Origin: Marsupella aquatica
Lineage: Eukaryota; Plantae; Marchantiophyta
DNA: 64,000 bases
Assembly: GCA_973895155.1 (NCBI GenBank)
Contig: OZ316895.1
Coordinates: 3,087,659 to 3,151,658 of the forward strand
Direction: 5' to 3'
Shown here: piece after piece, positions 1-11,423 of the stretch
Layout: each line of letters opens with the position of its first letter
Position numbering within the stretch: the stretch's first letter is position 1
Position numbers and translations under genes: made by a program
The notes under the pieces: model-generated
What the model was told of the DNA's origin: nothing
What the model saw: the letters and a program-made list of their open reading frames with translations, nothing else
Database searches by the model: none

Positions 1-3000
1 TAGTGGCGGTGTCTTTTTTTTTTTAATGTAAATAGAATGTGAGGACATTTAGGAAGCCCAGTGTGCCATTTCCAGAGACACACCCTGCCCCCAACCCACG
101 TGAGTACGTTACTCACTTAGGCCCCCACCCAAATTCAGATACTCGAGTTTCTCGCCGCCGCAGACATTCTGAGTTCAGTTCTGGAGTTGACAGACTTGAC
201 AGACTTGACGTCATCAACTTGAAAATAAATCACTCATGATCGACAATAAGTTGTCGAGATGTGCATTTATGGTCTGCTACAAAACAAAGTCATGGTAGTA
301 CATCTGCCATGTTTACGTATGCCTTGTGCAGATCGACTTTTTGTCCATCCAATCGGTGCGAGTTCTCGAACTTTAGTTCCAAGAGATGAAGTTTTGGGGT
401 TGTTTGTAAGTTGGGCTTCGCTGTCGAGAAGTAATTGACTTGTTTCGTCGAAGACTCCATACATGAGTGTAAAAATAATGTTGACCACTGCCGTAAACTG
501 TTTCTAGCTAGACAGCGCTCATCACTGCTAGTCTTCTTGGGATCCATGCATTAATTCTGCTCGGATATGTATTTTTATTTGGAGTTGTGGCTTGATCTAG
601 AAAGGTCGCCCACGTTCACAGTAGCTAAAAAGGAGTATACACCTACAAGGGCCCTTTGCACCAAATCACCCATCTGGGCTGAAGAAGGAGAGAATTGAAT
701 CAATGTAGTCTCTAACCAAGCCAGAACGTACCGAAAATCAAAGCTGAATCGAAGAAAAACTGTCTCACAACGAATCCTCTGTGGTAATAAGTGCCGAGTC
801 TGTTAATCTGTTAATAAGCTAGATGAACCGTCGGACAATTCGTCAAGATGGCCCTCAGGTATCCGTCTATAGCACGTTCAGATCGATGCTGCTCCGAAAG
901 TATTACTTCAAGTGATTAGTCTGCGCAAAATCAAGGCTTATCGTGACCAGAAAAGTCCTTGGCCAAATAATGCGTCACGGACTCTTTTGGCACTAAGAAT
1001 AACAGAGTCACGAGAAATGCCCCAGAGCACAATCAACAAAAACAACGATACTGATTTCAGCGAACAGTGCATGAGGTGAACGTTGACATCACAAAAATCA
1101 AAGTTCCAAGTGACCTTTTGAAAAATCTACTGTGATAAAGAATACATTAGAAAGAGACCCGAGTCGCAAGAAAGGTCCATCCCTGTGGAGGAAACTTGAT
1201 GGAAGAGTGTGTTGAAAAGACGAATAAGTTGGACGAAACTCTCGAAGCGTACCTGATCAATGCGCATGGAAGAGAGATCAGAGTAAAAACATTTTGGACG
1301 ACTGCACCAAGGCAGGTGGGACTTCTACATATTTGTATATACAGAAATCCATGTGCCAAATCAAGAGCTACAGGTGGATGTCTCGTCGTGAGAATTAGTC
1401 AGGGACTGTTCGCACTCTAAAATCGTTTCAATTGCGACATAAGCTTGTGAACACCTTCCCAGTCGAAAAATAGAGAGAACCAATTTACCCTGAACGAGTG
1501 CCAACGAAGAACAACGAGAGAAAAAGGGGAAGAGGTCCCGAGAGAACCAAACAAAACAAGAACCAAAGAGGGAAATTTTAAAAGCCACCTTTCCAGTCAT
1601 GTACATATAATCTTATGTTCGCGGCCTCTTGCGTATGCAAGTGGGATGTTCGTCTCTTGGAGACACATGATTTGGGTCCATGTCAGTCGATGGAATGTCG
1701 GAAGCACATCTCCAGGATGCTGTGTTCGGAAGGAAGACTCCTAGTTCCTGCTTGCATGAAATGCTAAAGAATCTTCGACATAAACGGAAACACGTTTCAA
1801 ACTAGAGCCCCAACACGAATCTGTACAGATCCTCCTCAATTGTTCCTAATGACGGTGGCAATGATGACGTCAACTTCGAGGGAGTAGGTTGGACTGGCAT
1901 TCTCCAAGACGTCAACTGCAGTCACGGTGGAGTAAAACTTGCAGCCCCGCACTATCTTCTGGAGTGCAATAGATAAAATTGAAGGAAACGAAACACTAGA
2001 TACAGAGTGCGTTTCTTCACGTTAGGGAAGACAACTGAGCAGTGTGTGGTATTAAGTCTCTCCAAAGATATTTACGAACTGTTATTGCCTTTCGAGGGGT
2101 AGGACCATGCAAAAGAGATACGCACGAGATAGTCTGGGAAAGTGGACGACAAAATGGGGCGGAGCAAAAACTGATCTGTTTGACGGTGGGAGGAAACCTC
2201 CATTCCTGAGGATGACAACTCAGGGAATAAATGATTATTGTTTCTAAATTTTAGATACAGCAGCTCTACATCTCCTTGAATGTCAATAAGCTAAGGACCG
2301 TACTGGACATGGGTTTATTAATGGACTTACTATCCAAAGTCTTTTCCCTAGTTCAGTGCGATCGATAGGATTGTAAGACAGTGCTCGAAATCTTTCTCCT
2401 CATGCGATTATAATCTCAACCCATCAAAATTTCAAAACTAAAAGCTTCAGGTTTCTTCGACCTCAGTAAGTAAACGAGAAGAAAGCTGAACTGATTCCGA
2501 TTCACGTGAAAGCTCATGGGGATGTCTTCAGCAATCCTCATCTCAGGGACTGATTGGTTGAGAACAGTGGAGGGAGATTTCCAAGTCGGAGGGCCATTTG
2601 TTGATGATCATTCACAGGACGTTTGTCCTCTTGATCGAGAATGCCGGAGAACCTCTGCTACTCTGTGTCTACAAGTAAGGCTGGAAGACAACCTTCTGAT
2701 ACGAGAACCTATATTTTGACGTGACTTCCCCCTCAAAATTGACGATCGCGATCTACCGCTGACCCACCTAGAAATACAAACAATTGCTGTGGCAAAGGAA
2801 TGGAATCTCGAAGAACTACTCCGACAAACCAATTCAACGCCGGCGCTGATGCGGGTAACAAAAAAGGGATCCTTCCAGCAGCGCTCGACTGGAACATCTT
2901 CTGTCCATCTCGCAAAGATGGTCAAGGGGATCTTCTTCTTAGTTTGCTGCTCATCTCGTCACCTGATCCACGACCGTCATCCGTCATCGAGACGAGGTAG

Positions 3001-3087
3001 GTGATAGACTGCTATCCCAGTAATGAATATAATATACAGAAAAACGGTGATTGGAAGGTCCAGGTCCAATCACGCTCTCGGGACCCC

Positions 3088-3307
3088 CGAATTTGAAGCT
3101 GTGGCAGAGGACTTGAATGTGGTACAGTCTAGATTTGGGCCTAGGGAAGTTGAAGCTGGAGAAGAGAATTCGTAGATCCAAAATCCCAGATGGTACAATC
3201 TACATTTGGCCCTAGGAATTTGAAGCTGTAGATCGAATAGGACTTGTAGATTCAAATAGTGCAATCTAGAATTGGGCTTTCGGAATTTGAAGCTGTGCAA
3301 GAGGACT
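3088..3307. repeat. Four degenerate tandem copies (~58-69 bp) overlapping the stop codon and 3' flank of the DUF716 gene
   Basis: Core (aa)tttgaagctg recurs near 3090, 3148, 3217 and 3284; three copies are preceded by tcta(g/c)a(t/a)ttgg. Confidence 0.75.
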
Positions 3308-4276
3308 ATCAGTCTTGCTGCTTATCCTTCTGGACAGCGATTTCGAGAGTTCCTTAGTGGTGTGGATTGTAGATTCCTCGACGGCGTCAGCAAAATCGGT
3401 ATCTTTATCCACAACAAAGAAAACGGAGTGGTGGGAATCGGTCAGTAAAGGTTTAATCTCTGGCGTGAAAGGTAGCATAGAAGACCGCAAGGTTGAAGCT
3501 GCCAACATCGCCGCGTAAAGAGAAAAGGTGAACGCCACAATCCCCACTGCCTGGACCACCAAAATAAGTACCTGGATGGCCTTTGCACGCATGTTGTCCA
3601 TTGGTAGTAGACACACGGGAAAGTCAGCATCATCGGGAAGGGTGCACCCGATTGGCACACAGGAAGGCACGTTGATGAGAAGCCCGATTTGGAAGAACCA
3701 GGTGCCTTTGAAGGTGAGCAGCATCGCCCGGCTAAGGCCCACCAAAATGCTACGGGGGTAGGCAATCTCCAGGAACATCATCGTCACCAATCCGGCAAGA
3801 ATGAGCTGTATCAGAACGTGCACATAGCTCTCGAGATTGTCACCGGGATGGTGACCGTAGTGGAACACCATCAACTCCGCTAGAAATCCTAAAGCAAATG
3901 TTCCTGTGAGCACTCCCTGCGGAAGAGGTAACAGAATCGTCATTTCGTTAACGAGCGCCACGCAAATGTAGAGCAGGAAGAACAGGGAGAACGAGACGTG
4001 CTGAAATCGCATTAAATGCTCGCTTAGTATCACACCCTTCGCCAAATCCTCCGTAGCATGCGACATTTGCTTAACAATGAAAACGACCACGATGAATAAC
4101 AACGTCCAGAGCTCCGCGCATCTCCGCGCTCCTTTTCCCGGATTAGGGAACCACGTCTTACACTTAAACTTGTCCGGATTAGTGATATACAAACGCAGAG
4201 TACTGTAAATGTGCCATGCTCCTAGGCACCCGAATATCACACCTTGATCAATGTGCGACGGCAGAAACCACCCCAT
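3266..4276 (-). CDS. TMEM45/DUF716-family multi-pass membrane protein, intronless, 336 aa
   Basis: Single long ORF; first ATG at 4276 (the track start at 4285 is TTG). N-terminus MGWFLPSHIDQGVIFGCLGAWH, QH and ESYVH motifs, KGTWFFQIG and several hydrophobic segments resemble plant DUF716 proteins. Confidence 0.85.
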   Translation of the reverse strand: MGWFLPSHIDQGVIFGCLGAWHIYSTLRLYITNPDKFKCKTWFPNPGKGARRCAELWTLLFIVVVFIVKQMSHATEDLAKGVILSEHLMRFQHVSFSLFFLLYICVALVNEMTILLPLPQGVLTGTFALGFLAELMVFHYGHHPGDNLESYVHVLIQLILAGLVTMMFLEIAYPRSILVGLSRAMLLTFKGTWFFQIGLLINVPSCVPIGCTLPDDADFPVCLLPMDNMRAKAIQVLILVVQAVGIVAFTFSLYAAMLAASTLRSSMLPFTPEIKPLLTDSHHSVFFVVDKDTDFADAVEESTIHTTKELSKSLSRRISSKTDSPLAQLQIPKAQF

Positions 4277-6305
4277 GATGATCAAAAGTACTTCTTAACT
4301 ACTGCCCACGAACTTGAAAATCTGCTGGGGGTCGCTAAGTTTGGTTCAAAAATTGAGACCGGATTTTAAATACGTACGAGCTCTAAGATTCTGACTCAAT
4401 TGTTTTCGAATGTTGGATTTCTATAGGTAAGATCTTCTCTCTGCTGGTTATCAAGTGCATCTCAGAATACAAACCCGAATGCGCACTGCCAGAACCCTTT
4501 CGTTCTCTGCTCAGCCTCAAATCTTGCATCGCAATGAGAACGCTTTTCTCCCTGGTGTGTAGTACATGAAGTACTCGGAAGGTGAAAAGTCCAGTATCAG
4601 ATTCCTACTATTGTTTCGGACGCTGTCTAAGTGGACCACAACGTCGATGAGAATGGATGTCTTAGAATGACCAAATGTTGTTGAGGCCAACCCTTAGATT
4701 CGGATCCAGCTAGTTAAACCGACGTAGAGAGGCTAAACAGAACAGGAATGTCGTCGCGATGGCAGCACCGATCGACCTCAAAGCACGTGGAGATGATCTA
4801 CCATGAGTGGACGGAGTCTGTTCGGGACGTGGAAGTGATCTCTCTACTCTAACCGCAACGCGACCAATCCTCTGTCGGTATGCGTTTGCTCGCCACGACC
4901 TCCGTGCAAGTGCAGACCTGCCAGATAGTAATCAACCGTTTGTCCGGGAATTGATGTTCGCAATGGCGGCTGACAAGCAAATACAATCCAGAACGAGTGC
5001 GCCGAATCGTTTCGTTTGGGGCTGCAGAAGTGGATACGCATGAGAGCTTAGCGTCGCTGGAATCTCATCTCAATGCGAAGAGGTCGGCGACACAGAGTAC
5101 TCCCCATGATCTGCAATGAGAGAATTACTGCTCTGACTCCGTTCGGTCTCAGTGGGAAGAGGTCGGCGATACAGTCCTTCACAAAAGCGGTGTTGTCCTT
5201 GCGGTCCGACGAAAAGCATGCCAGATCTGAACTCGAGTCGTCGTCCCAAGCTAGCAACTCTATTCCCTCCCTCTCTCTCGACCACAGGGCTCTATTATTA
5301 TAATCATCTCCTTGGGTCCTCGCGACTTATATGCTTGGATAAATCATTTGGTAAAAAACCACTGCAGTATCTTCGGAAGTAATAAAATGAACGCGTAAGA
5401 ACTTTTCGTTTCAGGCCTAGCCCAATTTACTTATTATCTGATCTGATGGACAGACTTCGAAGTCAAGTCTCGCTCGCAGTCCATTATTCTTCCTGGCTTC
5501 CTCTGCCTCGCCCCGTCACGGCGTCACATCAACGCGACAATGCTCGGCGGTGGCCATTGCTTCACCGGCCGCGCCAACTACAGACCAAAGGTAATACCTC
5601 CACTTGCGCGTGGACCTGATCGTCCGTCTTGAATCATATCAAAGCAATGATCTGATGCGGAGGTACAGTCGACAGTAGACAATCACCCTCAGGACTTCAT
5701 ATGGGACCTACACGACTTCTTACCTCTCTACTGCCGCAATGGATTCCTCCGCAATGGATTGCGATAAAATAATAGTGCGCCAGAATGATGACGCGCCTGC
5801 CGTGCTGTGTGAACCCGTCTTATCTCGAGTCCCGCACACGCAGCTCTCGGAACCTGTGAATTCAATTCCAGTTTTAGGGCCAAGCAGACAACCTTTCTCA
5901 TTAAACTCTATTTAGGTCACTCATGCTCTCGTTTTTCCCACGATCTCGTGCTCTGGTTTGAAGAGATGAGCCCTGTGAGACCGTGACCTCACGACAATTA
6001 TTGCTTTTCCAGTTTACCTCCAAAGATTTCACAGAAAATGCCATTCCAAGCTCGAGAATGTTTGGCGGACCCCGGTGACAGCCAGAGCGACACCGAGTCG
6101 TTTCGGGAATGTTGAAGCCCCTCAACGAATCGACGACTCGATCAAGAGTTGAGAGGAACTTGCGAGTGACACCAGCGTCCGTTTGAGGACTGCTGGCACG
6201 GTTTGCATGTACGTAAATTGGGGCAGAAAGGTACTCTCCACGCAAAATGGGGGGGGGAACTGGGGAGGGGCTCACGACCGGCCGTTTGAGAAGAGAAGGT
6301 ATGGC

Positions 6306-7450
6306 GGGCGTGCCAAAGCAAGCTTGTAATAACTCACTTATTACAAAACAAATCACTACATGAACTGGTTTTTAGGGCCAAAGATAATATCACTACTAGA
6401 GACCAAAACACATACCCCATAAACATTTTAGGTCCAAACATGGACAGACCAAAACCGTAAGCAGACGAGAATAGGGGAGAACTGTGACACGCCCTATTAG
6501 GGCATCTCAAAGCTTGGGAGAAGGCCTTCCCATAACTCAAGTATAATGGGAACTCAAAGTTTCTTGGCATTAACAAGATAGGCAAGATAAGGCGCTCCCA
6601 TAACTCAAGTATTATGTAAACTCAAAACTTGGCGTGAACAAGATAAGGTGCTCCCATAACTCGAGTATTATGGGAACTCTCGTAAAAGTTATTAGAGCCA
6701 ATCTTTGACTACGGTAAGGAATGTCCGCGGGCTCAACACTTAATCTGTAACTTGCCCGCAACTTTAGGCAGAAATCCAGAAATCCAGGACTCCAGAACTC
6801 CGGAAAGCCACAACTAAAGGCACATGGGATTTGCTCATGACGTGGTTATCTCTACTGCAATTGAGGCAGTAGTTGATCAAGAATGGAGGAAAAAAGAATA
6901 TATGCTATTCAGAGACAGGTGACACCATAACTCCTGCCATGGCGCGGGTCAATGCTATTTCCCCGCATTTTAAAAAATTTATAACTGGGTCCCATAACCA
7001 GGTATGGGATATACCACAAATCCATAACTTTCACTAATGACCCACCTTTGAGATGCTCTACTAGGGCCTTTCAAAACTGGCAATTTGATGGATAGTAAAT
7101 GTCTAGTTATGGGTTAATATGGACACAAAAAGCTATGTATTACAGAATTCCTAATCCATAAGGATTGGTCTTATGCCATCACCATTAGAAGCTGGTGAAA
7201 GACAAAACAAAACAAACTTTTACACACTCTTGTCAAAAGGTTATGACCTTTTGTTTATGACCAAATGCCATCATCCCTAATTTCCAAGCTTTAAGACACC
7301 CTACTAGGGCGTCTCAAAACTAGGGTGAAAGTTACGGATTTGTGGGTGTCTCAAAGCTAGAGTGAAAGTTGCGGCTTTGTGGTCCATTCTGTAACTTTGG
7401 TTATGGAATTTATTTAGAGAATTTTTAAACTGTGGAGATGTAGTTTTGAC
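6306..7450. mobile_element. Tandem train of related non-autonomous TIR elements (PIF/Harbinger-superfamily-like MITEs): ~6306-6494, 6500-7058, 7064-7301 and a fourth starting at 7307
   Basis: Termini gggcgtgccaaag..ctgtgacacgccc, gggcatctcaaag..ctttgagatgctc, gggcctttcaaaac..gctttaagacaccc and gggcgtctcaaaac, separated by TATTA, TACTA, TACTA. 7307-7450 resembles the reverse complement of ~6945-7058. Confidence 0.65.
6525..6680. repeat. Three subterminal direct repeats cccataactc(a/g)agta(t)(a/t)atg..aactc inside the 6500-7058 element
   Basis: Copies near 6528, 6596 and 6652. Confidence 0.75.
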
Positions 7451-8558
7451 AATTCTCATCATTGATCGATAAACATCAATGGCTAAGAATGACTCATTGT
7501 CTTATATTATTGCCAAAAGTATTGTCCAAATTCCTTCTAAATTTGGGATTCTTCCAAAGAATGTGTACCATTCCTGCAAATGAACCAAGCATTTCTTCAT
7601 GCTTGCCACACGAGTGATAAGGCACTTTGCACAATCTCCACCATCGATAAGTAAAATGTAATGGATATGAATTAATTGATGACATGCAATTTTCTCTGGA
7701 TTTATGAATTTGCAAGTTTATAACTGGGCCCGTAACCATTTTAGCTTCCAAAAATGTACTGGACAGTACAATATAATGTTCCTTAATAAAATTTTCATAT
7801 AAGAGGGACACAGATGTGATAAGTGGGACATTGTCCTGACAATAAAAGTATTTGTAAACTTTCTTAACTAGAGATAACTCAAGCATGTTTGTGTCAAAAG
7901 AGACTCAAGAAAAAAGATAGTGCACTAAAAATTTACTTTCATAAATTTTTTGCAGAAGTTTCTATGGACCAAGATAGGCCCCTTGTTTGATTAGGGTTTA
8001 ACCTTGGCTCATTAGCCAAATCCAGTCATGAGTTAGGATTCATGGCTCAAAACTACTGTACAACATGCTGTACAGTGACAAAGGGGGCATTCATTTGGAT
8101 TCAAACACAAATGCAGAGAGGTTGCACATTTACAGCTAGTACACTTCCAAAAGTTTTGAGAAAATTTTGATTCAAACTGGTTGCATGAAACTAGGTTTCA
8201 AAGCAAACATATGTATAACGACATGTTGAATAAGTAGAAAGGATGCTCCATTACTCATATTAAAAAATATCATACAATTAGTAGTACGTGATATAAGCAC
8301 ATTAGTTTGTCAATGGAGGTGTTGACTGTCAAGACTGTGTAGGGTTTAACTAAAGTTTAAGACCGAAAACAAGACGGCAAAAAAGGGGTGCATGGAGATA
8401 GTAAATGGACCACCTTTCAGAATTTGTATTTTAGTCTTTTCTTGTAGATTTATGGATTCCTCGATGTCTCCTGTTGGGGTAGAGCCCCTGCATTGTTTGG
8501 ATTTTATTTATGTTTGGCACCCCTTTAGCCTTGAAGGAAAGCTATGATTCCTTTTTGC

Positions 8559-8882
8559 TGCAAATTATCCATCATTAATTAATCTGCTATTGTAGGGTTC
8601 CATACAACCTTTAAGAATATGCTTCAAAGTCAACTCTCATTGAGATTTGAATCTGAGACCTCATGAATGCCATTTTCGGTTGCTCCCATTGGGTTTCAAG
8701 CTGTGTTTGGCAAGTTAAGGTGCAAATTATTCATCATTAATTAATCTGCTATTGTAGGGTTCCATACAACCTTTAAGAATATGCTTCAAAGTCAACTCTC
8801 ATTGAGATTTGAATCTGAGACCTCATGAGTGCCATTGTGGGTTGCTCCCATTAGGTTTCAAGGTGTGTTTGGCAAGTTAAGG
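8559..8882. repeat. Tandem duplication, 2 x 162 bp
   Basis: tgcaaattat..ggcaagttaagg at 8559-8720 and 8721-8882, nearly identical. Confidence 0.92.
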
Positions 8883-10464
8883 AGGAAAAAGTGTGTAAAT
8901 GGCTGATACTAAAACCTAGCCCACAAGCCCTATTGGAAGGGCTCAAAACCCTAGAAACTTTATTTGGCTTAGGTTGAATTATCCTTGGAAGGACTCAAAA
9001 TCACAAGTTTATTTTCTTAGATTAATTAAAGAAAATCCTTCCTTTTTGCTTGCTACAATAGTACATCATGTGTTTAGAATAAGTTCATGTAGTGAAGTTT
9101 GGAAATATGAAAGATAGTCTACTTCAGCTTAGTTGGGGCACAGAGGACATGCTTAAATAAGGAAAATTTACCCATTTGCACCTACAAGTTGCCAGTGCTT
9201 ATCAATATACCAATCAAGCTGGAAACCTGCGAAAAAAGATGGTGTCCTCTTCCTGTGTTTCTCACAATGGCTATCGCCTAAAAGTGGCAAACGAGCCTAA
9301 ATGCCCATTCTTTGAATGACAATAGAGATGATGACAAAATTAGCATGCATGACATACCATACCTCCCATCCTGCTCATTCACGTACATTGGGTGGGGCCC
9401 TAGAGTTACTGTCTAGAGGCTTCAATCTAAAAGCCTAGACCCTAACTCTAATTTGGGGTTCGAGCTTTATTAGTAAGATGGGCCAATCATACTAGGCTGT
9501 ATTCAGATAGTCTGGTTTGTATTACACTCTGGTTTGTATTACACTGACACTGATGCAAATGTGAGGGCAATCTTGTATAAACATTAATATTGATTGATGA
9601 GAAATTGCAAATTTAGGTCACACAGTTTCAACGAAGGTTTTTATGGTCATGTGCTTCTGATCTCTCTTTCTTTTAAGTCATCGTTTGTCTGTGAAATGTA
9701 CATAGCTGTCTTGCATGTAGCTTGCCCCCAAAGTTTTGGCCCTTGAAACTCCTTAAACTGCTGGGAAAACGTCACATAATCTAAAGATTCCTAGTGTCAG
9801 CTCACACTCTAGAGAACAGAATGTGAGAACTGCTGCATGCGCACTCCATCACCGGAATTCAAATTCATGGTTTTGTTTTATTTGTTTCTCAAAGGTCGGG
9901 CAAGGCCCTTGGCTCCCAACTGCTGCAAAGCCTGTCTATTGAGGGGATTCAGGCACAATATCTGCATACAATATGATGTCAGGAGCTGAGTTTAGGGCCA
10001 CAAAAGCAACAGCTGCCTAAATGCTAGATAGCTCTAAAGGTGCAAAGCTTCCACCACTCAGTTTCCTAAGGGGAACTTCACAAGAACTCGGAACACAAAT
10101 TGTCACTGTTCACCCATTGCAAAACATGAGGAGCATGACTCAACTTAACAGATGACATTCAAACATTGACAAAGAATTTCATGCCTCAACTTCCTCATCA
10201 AGCAGGCCTGACTGCATGTATAGTGGAGAACCAATGGCAAGGGCCGCAAACTTTCCAGCCCTAAAGGTCCCGTATTTTCAAATGACACTAAAAACTAAAA
10301 AAAACAACAGATTTTGGAAGGTCTTACACTCTTTGGACTGTCTTACAAAAAAGCTTGATATTGTGGAAAAGTGAGATGTGCTTTTCTAGTCATTAACTGC
10401 TAAGGGCCGATGTCCACATGCCCCACATGGCAGTTGGCCCTTACTTTCAGTCTCCGCACATATA

Positions 10465-10697
10465 TAATTTGTTTTTTCTTTCCTTTTTTCGCAAAGGAAC
10501 AAGAGGCGGGTCTCACAGGCAATAGGCCCAATGAAGGGGAGGCCAGCAAAAACCCAACAAAGAAGAAAAAGGTAAAAGAGGGGTTTGAACTTTTTGAACC
10601 TGGGACCTCTCGGTCGAGGCTCATCGTCTTCTGGATACACTACTGTAGAGGGGATCGAACCTGGAACCGTTTGGTTCGAGCCTCATCCCCTGCAATC
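10465..10697 (-). mobile_element. Degenerate SINE-like retroposon remnant
   Basis: T-rich tract at ~10468-10490 (A tail on -) and B-box-like ttgaacctgggacctctcgg similar to the SINE head at ~45095-45114. Confidence 0.4.
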
Positions 10698-11423
10698 TAA
10701 TTTTCTCGTTGAAGTGCTCTGGTGGAGGAGCGTCGCCTCTCGTTTGTGAGCTCTCTCCTTCTCTCACTCGGTCTTTGGGACCTCTCGTCTGATTTGTCTA
10801 TCCGTGTGCAATTGCAATAGCAGGTCGAAGCAAATTGTAGACGAAAGGCGCAGCAATCGGAGCTCCGTCTGCCTCGTTCAAAGCGTTTGAAGACGTTGTC
10901 GAAGAATTGTTTTTCAATTTCCCGCAAAAGAAATGTAAGCTCGATCTTCTCACGCTCTGTCTCGGTTTCGTTCGTTCGCTACTGCATTAGGTTTAAGCAT
11001 TTGTTCGAACCTGAGCACAGAAATCTTAGCTTTGCCAACGCTCTGCCTGTGCGCGAGGTGATCTTTGAATTCGGGTGATCTTTGAATTCGGTGATCTTTG
11101 CATTTGACGTACTAGAATCGGAGATTTCTGCAATGATGGCTCCTGCAGTTCAGTAGAATATCTGTGCGGCAATCGGGACTCCCGGTATATCATGGCCTAA
11201 CGAGCAACTGACAGAAAGTAAGGATCCCGACCGGTTTCTTCCCCTGTCCAGTGCAATTCCTGCGGAAAAAGGCCCTGCGGACGGACGGACGGACGGACAA
11301 TACCATTGTTAGGGTGAGCCCTCACTTCTCTACTTGTGCAGGGCAGGATGGAGACATGAGAGTGAATTTGGACGACGACTGTAATTAAGAGGTTGCTGGG
11401 GGTAGGAAGTCTTTGCATGGGAG

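Noticed and set aside
5901-6356. 151-aa minus-strand ORF
   Set aside because: Non-ATG start, no recognisable motif, and it overlaps the end of a MITE-like element.
7494-7886. 130-aa ORF next to the MITE train as a possible transposase
   Set aside because: No DDE or Myb-like motif recognisable by eye.
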